NCBI GenBank assembly: GCA_030145845.1
Contig: JAIXHJ010000003.1
Span: 92,426 to 124,425 of the forward strand
Length of the DNA stretch: 32,000 nt
Direction of reading: 5' to 3'
DNA from: Pseudomonadota bacterium
GTDB lineage: Bacteria; Pseudomonadota; Gammaproteobacteria; Pseudomonadales; Oceanobacteraceae
Of this stretch, positions 16,684-25,179 are shown in pieces. Under the pieces are notes generated by a model. That model saw only the letters and a list, made by a program, of their open reading frames with translations. It did not search any database and was not told the DNA's origin. The translations under genes were made by a program, and so were the position numbers. How positions within the stretch are numbered: position 1 is the first letter of the stretch; each line of letters opens with the position of its first letter.

Positions 16684-18342
16684 GTGAGAATTATTTCCCT
16701 GATGTTTGTAGCCGCTGTTGCAGTATCCGGCTGCACAGCATCATCCGAGCCGGTCAGTGATCATCTGACGGCCGACCGCCTGCTTAATAAAACCCCTTAT
16801 CTTTTACCTCAGTGTTATACCGATCCGGTGGATGACTCAGGAACATACAACCCTTGCTACGCCTGTCACACGGAAAGCAAAGAGCCGAATTATTTCAGCG
16901 ACATTGATGTTCAGCTGGCTTACAACATGCCGGAACCCGGTGTTAAGCATTCCTGGATGAATGTGTATAAGGACCGTAGCCAGGCGATCAGCAATATCAG
17001 TGATGAAGAGATTCTGACGTATGTCCGGCAGGATAATTATTTAGGTGAAGATGGCCGTATTACGCTGGCAGATAAACTGAATGAGGTTCCGGCTGAATGG
17101 GACCGGAATAAGAATGGCCAGTGGGATGGTTATATCCCGGATGTGTATTTCAATTTTAATGAGGCGGGTTTTGATCTGTCACCTGCAGGCCAACCAACAG
17201 GCTGGCGGGTATTTGCCTATTACCCCTTCCCAGGTACCTTTATGCCAACCAATGGCTCCACCGATGATGTGCTGATCCGTTTACCGGAAGCGTTCCGTGA
17301 ACTGGAAGCGGGTGTCTACGATCAGGAAACCTACCTGATCAACCTGGCCATTGTCGAGAGCATGGTAAAGGAGCAGGATGTCCGTATTCCGCAGGTTGAT
17401 GAAACCCGCTATGGCGTTGACCTGAACAAAGACGGTGAATTAACAACGGCTTCTGTCATCCGCTATGACTGGGCACCACTGAAAAACATTTATATGAGTT
17501 ATGTTGGTCAGGCCCGCTCCCTGCTTGAGCAGGGTAAGGTGCACCTGGCGGCACGCCTGTATCCGGAAGGTACCGAGTTTGTTCACACCGTGCGCTATGT
17601 CGATGTGGATGACTCAGGCAAGGCCGGTATTTCCCCCCGGATGAAAGAACTCCGCTATGGCCGTAAAGCCAGCTGGCGTAATTACTTTAATCTGCAGCGT
17701 TACGTTGAAAAAGAAGAGAAAGAGCGTCATGACTTTCCGGAGCGGACCAAGCAGGTTATCGGCAATATGGAAGAAGGACTGATTGTCGCTCAGGGCTGGG
17801 TATATCAGGGCTTTATTGAAGATAAAGAAGGTGAACTCCGGCCTCAGACTTATGAGGAAAACTATTTCTGTGTCGGTTGTCATACCGGTATCGGCGTGAC
17901 CACGGATACAACCTTTGCCTTTCCCCGCAAGTTTAAAGCAGAAGGGACCTTTAAGGATGGCTGGTATCACTGGATGGAAAAAGGATTTGATAATATCCCG
18001 GATTCTGTCCGCGAAGATGGTCACGGTGAGTATTCTTACTATCTGGAACATAACCCGACCGGTAATGAATTCCGTACTAATGATGAAGTTAAAGCGAAGT
18101 TCTTTAATGCCGATGGCAGTAAAAAAGCCGGGGCATTTGCAAAACTGGAGTCGGATATCAGCTATCTTCTGCTACCGACAAAAGAACGGGCTCTGATGCT
18201 GAATAAGGCCTACAGGGTTATCGTTGAGGAACAGAGTTTCACCGAAGGGCGGGATGCGGTTGTCAGGCCAATGGATATTGTGCAGAAAGAGGTTCAGTTG
18301 AATGGACCTACCGGCATCAAAGAGGTGCTCAGCTATTACTGA
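16684..18342 (+). CDS. Predicted diheme c-type cytochrome-like lipoprotein
   Basis: Lipobox AVAVSGC; two CxxCH motifs, CYACH (nt 16855-16869) and CVGCH (nt 17869-17883); Ca-binding-like DRNKNGQWDG, DLNKDGELTT and DVDDSGKAG segments. Confidence 0.85.
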   Translation: MRIISLMFVAAVAVSGCTASSEPVSDHLTADRLLNKTPYLLPQCYTDPVDDSGTYNPCYACHTESKEPNYFSDIDVQLAYNMPEPGVKHSWMNVYKDRSQAISNISDEEILTYVRQDNYLGEDGRITLADKLNEVPAEWDRNKNGQWDGYIPDVYFNFNEAGFDLSPAGQPTGWRVFAYYPFPGTFMPTNGSTDDVLIRLPEAFRELEAGVYDQETYLINLAIVESMVKEQDVRIPQVDETRYGVDLNKDGELTTASVIRYDWAPLKNIYMSYVGQARSLLEQGKVHLAARLYPEGTEFVHTVRYVDVDDSGKAGISPRMKELRYGRKASWRNYFNLQRYVEKEEKERHDFPERTKQVIGNMEEGLIVAQGWVYQGFIEDKEGELRPQTYEENYFCVGCHTGIGVTTDTTFAFPRKFKAEGTFKDGWYHWMEKGFDNIPDSVREDGHGEYSYYLEHNPTGNEFRTNDEVKAKFFNADGSKKAGAFAKLESDISYLLLPTKERALMLNKAYRVIVEEQSFTEGRDAVVRPMDIVQKEVQLNGPTGIKEVLSYY

Positions 18343-18356
18343 TTTTCTCTGAAGCA

Positions 18357-18387
18357 ATAAAAAAGCGGCCTGTCGGCCGCTTTTTTA
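18357..18387. terminator. Rho-independent terminator between convergent genes
   Basis: TAAAAAAGCGGCC-TGTC-GGCCGCTTTTTTATT. Confidence 0.87.
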
Positions 18388-19746
18388 TTTTACAATTTCA
18401 TAACAGGGTTCGTACCCTCCGCTGATTTTCATCCTGCCATGATCGACCATGGCTGATAACAGGGTATCCATACCTGTCATGATCTCCTCATCGCCTTGCA
18501 GCTGATAGGGGCCGTGCTCCTGCACCCGTAATACGCCACTGGCTTTGACGTTACCGGCGACGATGCCGGAAAATGCGCGCCGCAGGTTTGCCGCCAGCTG
18601 GTGATGGGGCAGGGCTTTGCTCAGGTTCAGACTGGCCATGGCTTCATGAGTCGGATCAAACGGCAGCTGGAAATCTTCGGCGATCGTCAGTGCCCAGTTA
18701 AAGAAGAAGGCATCGTTGTTGGAGCAACGGTATTCTTCAACGGCTGTCATACCGGTTTTCATATAACGGGCTACCGCTGCTGCGTCATCAATAATCAGCT
18801 CATAACGCTGGCGGGCCTCATCCCCAAGAGTGGTGGCAATAAAATTATCCAGATCACGCAGATAGGCTTCTGACTCAGCCGGGCCGGTTACGACCACAGG
18901 GAAAGGGATGGCCTGGTTATCCGGGTGGGAAAGAACCCCTAACAGATACAGGAGCTCTTCGGCAGTGCCCGGGCCGCCGGGGAAAATCACAATACCATGC
19001 GCCATACGCATAAAGGCTTCCAGACGTTTTTCAATGTCCGGCAGAATAACCAGTTCGTTAACAATCGGGTTGGGGGCTTCGCTGGCGATAATGCCCGGTT
19101 CGGTAATGCCGATATAACGTCCTTCGCGGTTATGTTGTTTGGCGTGAGCGATGGTGCAGCCTTTCATCGGCCCTTTCATCGCACCCGGACCACAGCCGGT
19201 ACCAACATTCAGGCCGCGTAAGCCCAGTTGGTAGCCAACATCTTTGGTGTACTGGTATTCGTGTCTGGGAATGGAGTGCCCACCCCAGCAGATCACCAGG
19301 TCGGGTCGTCTGTCCGGTTTCAGCAGGTTGGCGTTGCGCAGCAGGTGAAAAACGGCGTTGGTGATATCTTCACTGCGGTTAAGATCAAAGCGGTGTGCTT
19401 TTAATATGGATTCCTGTGCATACAGTACATCACGCAGAACAGAAAACAGCTGCTCGCGTACACCGCGGATAATTTCGCCATCGACAAAAGCGCTCTGAGG
19501 CGGATTGATCAGGTTAAGAATGATACCACGATCTTCCTGCTCAACGCGGATATTGAAATCGCGGAACTCAGTTTCCAGGTCAAGGTAATTATCAGACTGA
19601 CTGCCGGCGCTGAGGACTGCGTAGCAGCAGCGTCTGACCAGTTCATGTGATTCGCTGCTGACATCTTTCAGCATCTGAATTTCATAGCGTGACAGAACAC
19701 GCAGGTGGGTTTTCGGGTGAATCAGTTCGTAATGGGTTGTTGCCAC
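18385..19746 (-). CDS. ppnN: Pyrimidine/purine nucleotide 5'-monophosphate nucleosidase (YgdH/PpnN, LOG-type)
   Basis: MATTHYELIHPKTHLRVLSRYEIQMLKDVSSESHELVRRCCYAVL...VICWGGHSI...GLRGLNVGTGCGPGAMKGPMKG...VIFPGGPGTAEELLYLLG (PGGxGTxxE motif). Confidence 0.93.
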   Translation of the reverse strand: MATTHYELIHPKTHLRVLSRYEIQMLKDVSSESHELVRRCCYAVLSAGSQSDNYLDLETEFRDFNIRVEQEDRGIILNLINPPQSAFVDGEIIRGVREQLFSVLRDVLYAQESILKAHRFDLNRSEDITNAVFHLLRNANLLKPDRRPDLVICWGGHSIPRHEYQYTKDVGYQLGLRGLNVGTGCGPGAMKGPMKGCTIAHAKQHNREGRYIGITEPGIIASEAPNPIVNELVILPDIEKRLEAFMRMAHGIVIFPGGPGTAEELLYLLGVLSHPDNQAIPFPVVVTGPAESEAYLRDLDNFIATTLGDEARQRYELIIDDAAAVARYMKTGMTAVEEYRCSNNDAFFFNWALTIAEDFQLPFDPTHEAMASLNLSKALPHHQLAANLRRAFSGIVAGNVKASGVLRVQEHGPYQLQGDEEIMTGMDTLLSAMVDHGRMKISGGYEPCYEIVK

Positions 19747-19774
19747 AAACTACTCCTCAGACTGGCTCCGGATA

Positions 19775-20359
19775 TCAGGCCCAGAGTTCCATCGGTCCGT
19801 AATGGCTAAGCAATTTGAGAATATCGCTGCGGGTAATAATTCCGCACAGTTCATTCTCTTCATTAATAACCGGCAGTGCGCCGATGTTGTATTCGTAAAG
19901 AATATTACTGGTCTGGCGGATGTCGGTTGTTTTACGGATACAGATAACCGGCCGGCTGGCGTAGGCGAGAATCCCGTTCTGCCAGATATCACCCTGTTTG
20001 ACCAGTGCCTGCATGAGGTCGCGGTCAGACACAATCGCGAGAATATGACGGTTTTTATCAATCACCGGCAGATGGTGATAACCGCTGGATGATAGCAGGT
20101 TCCAGGCGCGCTGAATCGTGTCGTCAGATGACAGTGTGTGCACGGTGGTACGCATAATGTCTTCAGCGAAAGCGATTCGGTCAGGTTTTTTTTCATGCTG
20201 CCGGTAGGCTTCGGGCAGGGTGCTGCTGCCATCACCGTAGGTTCTGTCTTTCTGAACCGGTTGTATGCGTGCGGTTGCTTCGGTTGCGCGGACACGGAAA
20301 CGTTCCGGTTGAACCGGTGTTTCAACCCGTCTGCCCATATCGAAAACAATCAGTGACAT
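19775..20359 (-). CDS. CBS-domain pair protein
   Basis: EDIMRTTVHTLSSDDTIQRAWNLLSSSGYHHLPVIDKNRHILAIVSDRDLM...TDIRQTSNILYEYNIGALPVINEENELCGIITRSDILKLL; start at internal ATG 20357-20359. Confidence 0.88.
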   Translation of the reverse strand: MSLIVFDMGRRVETPVQPERFRVRATEATARIQPVQKDRTYGDGSSTLPEAYRQHEKKPDRIAFAEDIMRTTVHTLSSDDTIQRAWNLLSSSGYHHLPVIDKNRHILAIVSDRDLMQALVKQGDIWQNGILAYASRPVICIRKTTDIRQTSNILYEYNIGALPVINEENELCGIITRSDILKLLSHYGPMELWA

Positions 20360-20460
20360 CTCTGAATCCGTAAAGAAAGTGATTCCATCTATCTGACAGG
20401 GACTATAGCAGCGCTGAATCAGACTTGTCAGTAATAAGCTGGTGCGTGGTGGGTCCGTCC

Positions 20461-20477
20461 TGCACAGCACTGGTGCT
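20461..20477 (+). promoter_or_regulatory. Candidate NtrC-binding site (TGCACAGCACTGGTGCT)
   Basis: Matches the GCAC-N7-GTGC core of the NtrC enhancer consensus TGCACYNNNNTGGTGCA at 15 of 17 positions (N counted as match), 139 bp upstream of the amt ATG. Confidence 0.7.
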
Positions 20478-20540
20478 GTTCCCACTGGCGAATAATGTAA
20501 ACGGCAGAAATAAAAGCGTTACTCAGCATGTTTATCTCCA

Positions 20541-20556
20541 TGGCACATCCTTTGCT
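20541..20556 (+). promoter_or_regulatory. Candidate sigma-54 (RpoN) promoter, TGGCAC-N5-TTGCT
   Basis: TGGCACATCCTTTGCT: exact -24/-12 consensus, predicted transcription start near 20567, 33 bp before ATG 20600. Confidence 0.85.
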
Positions 20557-20599
20557 CCTGCTATTCAATGAATTGCCAATAAGGATGGGTGGGGTAGAC

Positions 20600-21901
20600 A
20601 TGATTAAGATTGCACAAGCATTGATTCTGATCTGCCTGATATCGTCAGCCGGGCAGGTGCTGGCTGACGATGCTGCGGCGACACAGGGACGGAATACACT
20701 GTGGGTGGTTGTGGCCGCCGCACTGGTGTTCTTTATGCAGGCCGGATTCGCGCTGCTGGAAAGCGGTATGTCGCGCGCCAAAAATGCCGTTAACGTGATG
20801 ATGAAAAATTACATGGATGTGTGTCTCGGTAGTCTTATTTTCTGGCTGGTTGGTTATGGCCTGATGTTCGGCGAAAATTTTTCCGGTTTTTTTGGCAGTA
20901 CTATGTTTGCCGTGTCGCATGCTGAGCCATGGGATTATACCGTGCTGCTTTTTCAGACTATGTTTGCTGCCACGGCTGTGACCATCTGCAGTGGTGCGAT
21001 GGCAGAACGCACAAAATATGATGCCTACCTGATAGCGGCCTGTCTGATTACCGCGTTTATTTATCCGGTGTTCGGCAGCTGGGTCTGGGGTGGCCTTTAT
21101 GGTGGCTCAGGCTGGCTGGCGAGACTGGGCTTTATTGATTTTGCCGGCTCGACGGTGGTGCACTCGGTCGGCGCCTGGTGCGCGTTGGCCGGAATTATTG
21201 TGCTGGGGGCCAGAACCGGCCGCTTTGACCGTCAGAGCGGTGCGCCGCGTCCGGTACCGGGGCACAACCTTTCATTGGTGGCACTCGGTGGTTTTATTCT
21301 CTGGCTGGGCTGGTTTGGTTTCAATGGCGGCAGTACGCTGGAAGCCAATGAACATGTCGGACTGATTGTGCTTAACACACAACTGGCAGCGGCGGCGGGT
21401 GCTGTCGGGGCACTGCTGTTCAGCCGTCTGACGCGCAAACCTGTGCTGTTAACGGCAACGGTGAATGGCAGTATTGCCGGCCTGGTTGGTATTACCGCCG
21501 GCTGTGCGTCGATGACACCGGCGTTTGCGGCATTTACCGGTCTGATTGCCGGTGTTATTTCCGTGTATGGTGCCGGCTGGATGGAACGCCGCCGGCTGGA
21601 TGATGTGGTCGGAGCCATTCCGGTGCATGGTTTTGCCGGTGCCTGGGGCACGCTCGCTGCGGGATTATTTCTTGATGGTAATATGTTTGATCTGACGCAG
21701 GTCGCAGTACAGATCATCGGCATTGCTTCGGCATTTTTCTGGGCTTTCCCATTATCCCTGATTATTTTCTTTCTGATCGACCGCACACTGGGCTTACGTT
21801 CCACGACCCAGAACGAGCAGCTGGGACTCGATTTTACTGAACATGATGAGGTGGGCTATCCGGAATTTCACCAGCATGTTACTTACCACAGGGAATCGTA
21901 A
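20600..21901 (+). CDS. amt: Ammonium transporter (Amt family)
   Basis: Signal peptide then FFMQAGFALLESGMSRAKNAVNVMMKNYMDVCLGSLIFWLVGYGL...MFAATAVTICSGAMAERTKYDAYL...GSTVVHSVGAWCALAGIIVLG...NGSIAGLVGITAGCASMTP...AGLFLDG. RBS GGATGGGTGGGG. The track start at 20528 lies inside the candidate promoter region. Confidence 0.96.
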   Translation: MIKIAQALILICLISSAGQVLADDAAATQGRNTLWVVVAAALVFFMQAGFALLESGMSRAKNAVNVMMKNYMDVCLGSLIFWLVGYGLMFGENFSGFFGSTMFAVSHAEPWDYTVLLFQTMFAATAVTICSGAMAERTKYDAYLIAACLITAFIYPVFGSWVWGGLYGGSGWLARLGFIDFAGSTVVHSVGAWCALAGIIVLGARTGRFDRQSGAPRPVPGHNLSLVALGGFILWLGWFGFNGGSTLEANEHVGLIVLNTQLAAAAGAVGALLFSRLTRKPVLLTATVNGSIAGLVGITAGCASMTPAFAAFTGLIAGVISVYGAGWMERRRLDDVVGAIPVHGFAGAWGTLAAGLFLDGNMFDLTQVAVQIIGIASAFFWAFPLSLIIFFLIDRTLGLRSTTQNEQLGLDFTEHDEVGYPEFHQHVTYHRES

Positions 21902-21905
21902 GTAA

Positions 21906-22571
21906 ATGAATATGACAACCGAAGGCAAGCGCCGCGCTGTCTTTACTGTGCTGTCTGAATTTGTGGATGGCCGTGAGCTGTGGCAGGCGATGTGGCGTTG
22001 GCAGAATAATTATTCTGATAAATCCCAGTTTGAGCTGAATGCGTTTTTATCAGATTGCCGTGATATTGAAGGTATTGCCGTTAACCGGCCCACGCTTTAC
22101 CGACGGCTGATTGGTATTCTGATGAATAACAGTGCGGATATGAAGCCTGATCCGATTCAGGATATGCTGCAGTTCCGTGAACAAACCGCCATGGACAGCG
22201 GAGCGTCGGCAGCAGAGGATTGGTCAGAAACTTTCACTCTGGTGCTGCAGGGCATCTTTGCGCAACTGCGGTCTGATACCGCCAGAATGGTGAAGCAATA
22301 CGCCACAGAGCAGGCAAGCCGGGACCATCTGGCCAAATCCCTGGTGTATGAATTTACCCTCTGGGAGGGCGATCAGCTGCTCGGCGTCAGCGGTGTGCCA
22401 TTACAGGATCTGCGTCGCCTGCTGAATGTTATTTATATCGGCGTGTGTGAGTCGCTGGGGCCGGTTGCAGCAGACCGTATTCTCAGTACTGCGGTGACGG
22501 ACGCGGCTGATGCGCTGGCAGCACAGAACGTCAGTGCACCAGAGCCGCGGCTGTTGCTGAGCAGGCCATGA
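21906..22571 (+). CDS. Uncharacterised protein encoded immediately after amt
   Basis: ATG 4 nt after the amt stop; MNMTTEGKRRAVFTVLSEFVDGRELWQAMWRWQNNYSDKSQFELNAFLSDCRDIEGI...; no GlnK/PII features and no family recognised. Confidence 0.75.
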   Translation: MNMTTEGKRRAVFTVLSEFVDGRELWQAMWRWQNNYSDKSQFELNAFLSDCRDIEGIAVNRPTLYRRLIGILMNNSADMKPDPIQDMLQFREQTAMDSGASAAEDWSETFTLVLQGIFAQLRSDTARMVKQYATEQASRDHLAKSLVYEFTLWEGDQLLGVSGVPLQDLRRLLNVIYIGVCESLGPVAADRILSTAVTDAADALAAQNVSAPEPRLLLSRP

Positions 22572-22656
22572 CGAACGGATTAAACAGGTGAGATACAGCC
22601 CACTTGCGGATACCATATTGTCCACTTTGGATCTTATGTAAACCCTGTGAGTAGTT

Positions 22657-23508
22657 ATGGAACGTGTATACCGTTTAATCATTTCCTGCCCTGACCGGGT
22701 CGGCATCGTTGCCCGCGTCGGCGATTTTTTTGCCGGGCATGGCGGCTGGATCGTCGAGGCCAATCATTATTCCGATCCGGAAAGCGGCCGTTTCTTTATG
22801 CGTCACTGCATCCGTGCCTCGTCATTGCCATTCGACCTGGATGGGCTGAAAGAAGAGTTTGCGCCCATTGCGGCCGAGTTTGATATGGACTGGCAGGTCA
22901 GCGATTCCGGTCAGGCGAAAAAAGTGGTGCTGATGGCCAGTAAAGACAGCCACTGTCTGGTGGATCTGCTGCACCGCTGGCACAGTAAGGAGCTGGAGTG
23001 CGACATTCCCTGTGTGATTTCCAATCACGATACCCTGAGATCCCTGGTCGAGTGGCACGGCATTCCTTTTTTTCATGTACCGGCCGACCGGGATAATAAA
23101 GCAGAGCACTTCAGCCGTGTGAACGCCATCGTGGAGGAACACAATGCCGATACCATAGTGCTGGCCCGTTATATGCAAATCATCCCGCCGGAGCTGTGTC
23201 TGCAATACCACGGTCAGGTCATTAACATTCACCACAGTTTTCTGCCTTCCTTCGTCGGAGCACGGCCTTACCATCAGGCGGCAGAGCGGGGAGTGAAACT
23301 GATTGGTGCCACCTGTCACTATGTGACTCAGGAACTGGATGCTGGGCCGATTATCGATCAGGACGTTATCCGTATCAGTCATAACGACAGCGTGGATGAT
23401 ATGGTTCGGCTGGGTAAGGATGTGGAGAAAATGGTGCTTTCCCGCGGCGTGCGCAGCCATCTGGAAGACCGGGTATTGCTGCACGGTAACAAGACCATTG
23501 TTTTCTGA
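22657..23508 (+). CDS. purU: Formyltetrahydrofolate deformylase
   Basis: YRLIISCPDRVGIVARVGDFFAGHGGWIVEANHYSDPESGRFFMRHCI (ACT domain), VVLMASKDSHCLVDLLHRW..., VISNHDTL, VLARYMQIIPPELC...NIHHSFLPSFVGARPYHQAAERGVKLIGATCHYVTQELDAGPIIDQD. Confidence 0.96.
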   Translation: MERVYRLIISCPDRVGIVARVGDFFAGHGGWIVEANHYSDPESGRFFMRHCIRASSLPFDLDGLKEEFAPIAAEFDMDWQVSDSGQAKKVVLMASKDSHCLVDLLHRWHSKELECDIPCVISNHDTLRSLVEWHGIPFFHVPADRDNKAEHFSRVNAIVEEHNADTIVLARYMQIIPPELCLQYHGQVINIHHSFLPSFVGARPYHQAAERGVKLIGATCHYVTQELDAGPIIDQDVIRISHNDSVDDMVRLGKDVEKMVLSRGVRSHLEDRVLLHGNKTIVF

Positions 23509-23636
23509 AGCGGCCTGCGCCGGCGCAACCTTGTTAAAAACAGGCCAGGGAATAATCATCCGGTACTGGTAAGCCCGGTTTTTTTGGCCGGTATTTCCTT
23601 GTTCTGCTTGCCCGATAATGTTTCAGGAACAGCATC

Positions 23637-23679
23637 ATAAAAAAACGGGAGTCGCTGCCAGGCGACTCCCGTTTTTTTG
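23637..23679. terminator. Rho-independent terminator between purU and thiolase
   Basis: TAAAAAAACGGGAGTCG-CTGCCAGG-CGACTCCCGTTTTTTT, convergent genes. Confidence 0.9.
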
Positions 23680-23701
23680 TGGCTCAGAATTTATCTGCTC
23701 G

Positions 23702-24889
23702 TCAGATCAGCTCAATCGCCACGGCAGTGGCTTCACCACCACCGATACACAGAGCGGCAACACCTTTGCTGCCACCGGTATTTTTCAGGGCGTTCATCAG
23801 GGTAACGATCAGACGGGAACCGGTAGACCCCACCGGGTGACCCTGGGCACAGGCGCCGCCGTAAATATTGACTTTGTTGATGTCCAGTTTCAGCTCATCG
23901 ACCGGCATCATGGCAACCATGGCAAAGGCTTCGTTGATTTCATACAGGTCAACGTCATCCTTGCTCCAGCCGGCTTTGGCCAGAACTTTTTCGATAGCAC
24001 CGACCGGCGCGATGGTGAACTCAGACGGATGCTGTGACTGAGTGGCGTGGGCAACGATACGGGCCATCGGTTTGATGCCTTTTGCGCTGGCAGCGGCTTC
24101 GCTCATCAGCACCAGTGCCGAGGCGCCATCAGAAATGGAAGAAGCGTTGGCGGCGGTGATGGTGCCGTCTTTGCTGAATGCCGGGCGCAGGGACGGGATC
24201 TTCTCAATATTGGCGTTGAAGGGCTGTTCATCCTGATCGACAACGGTTTCACCCTTGCGGGTTTTGACCGTAACCGGAACAATTTCAGCCGCGTTCAGGC
24301 CTTTTTCGATCGCATCTTTGGCACGGGTCAGTGACATGATGGCGTACTCGTCCATCTGTTCACGGGTATAGCCTTTCTTGTCCGCCATTTCCTGCGCGAA
24401 CGCACCCATCAGTTTGCCGGTTTCGGCATCTTCCAGACCATCCAGGAACATATGGTCCTTGGCCTGGTCGCCGTGACCCATGCGGTAACCACCACGGGCA
24501 CTTTCCAGAATGTAGGGCGCATTGGACATGGATTCCATGCCGCCGGCGACGGCAATGTTCACGGAACCGGCTTTGATGGCATCGAAGGCCATCATGGTGG
24601 CTTTCATACCGGAACCACACAGTTTGTTCACGGTGGTTGCACCGGTGGCATCCGGCAGACCGGCTTTACGCATGGCCTGACGGGCCGGGCCCTGCTTCAG
24701 GCCGGCAGGCAGAACATTGCCCATGATCACTTCTTCGACATCGGCGGCTTCAATGCCGGCACGCTTGACTGCCTCAGCAATGGCGAGGGAGCCAAGTTCA
24801 GTTGCGCCAACAGGGGCCAGGCTGCCACCGAAGCCCCCCATTGGGGTACGGGCGCCGGCAACGATGACTACAGAGTTCTGGTCAGACAT
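23702..24889 (-). CDS. Acetyl-CoA C-acetyltransferase (thiolase)
   Basis: VVIVAGARTPMGGFGGSLAPVGATELGSLAIAEAVKRAG...VNKLCGSGMKATMMAFDAIKAG...GGMESMSNAPY...NEAFAMVAM...NIYGGACAQGHPVGSTGSRL...ALCIGGGEATAVAIE. Confidence 0.96.
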   Translation of the reverse strand: MSDQNSVVIVAGARTPMGGFGGSLAPVGATELGSLAIAEAVKRAGIEAADVEEVIMGNVLPAGLKQGPARQAMRKAGLPDATGATTVNKLCGSGMKATMMAFDAIKAGSVNIAVAGGMESMSNAPYILESARGGYRMGHGDQAKDHMFLDGLEDAETGKLMGAFAQEMADKKGYTREQMDEYAIMSLTRAKDAIEKGLNAAEIVPVTVKTRKGETVVDQDEQPFNANIEKIPSLRPAFSKDGTITAANASSISDGASALVLMSEAAASAKGIKPMARIVAHATQSQHPSEFTIAPVGAIEKVLAKAGWSKDDVDLYEINEAFAMVAMMPVDELKLDINKVNIYGGACAQGHPVGSTGSRLIVTLMNALKNTGGSKGVAALCIGGGEATAVAIELI

Positions 24890-24942
24890 GTTCTGTCTCC
24901 TGAATCAGATAACAAAAGGGTGGCTATTTTAGAGGAATGTGT

Positions 24943-24955
24943 TTGTGAATCACAA
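24943..24955. promoter_or_regulatory. Candidate operator, perfect inverted repeat TTGTGA-A-TCACAA
   Basis: 13-nt odd palindrome located 54-66 bp upstream of the thiolase start in the intergenic region shared with the divergent lipase gene. Confidence 0.35.
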
Positions 24956-25179
24956 TCACAGCTCTGTGGACTGAAAATGGCAGGTGCGACGGATTCTGCG
25001 ACTAACGTCTTGGTTACATACAGATACAAAATGGGAGGGTGATAAGACAGGAATCATACTTTTGAGTGATGAGGGTGCGCTTCGGCCAGATTATAGTCAT
25101 GGCTTCACTCTGGGGTGGGGAGACTCTCATTACTCTCCGGAGTGCACTAATAACCATAAAAACACAGACAGGTAGCAAT

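Noticed and set aside
20528-20599. N-terminal extension of the Amt ORF in the ORF track
   Set aside because: The segment contains the exact sigma-54 -24/-12 element and is not signal-peptide-like. The real start with RBS is ATG 20600.
24943-24955. CRP site interpretation of TTGTGAATCACAA
   Set aside because: Half-sites resemble CRP TGTGA/TCACA but the spacer is 1 nt instead of 6. Retained only as an unassigned palindrome.
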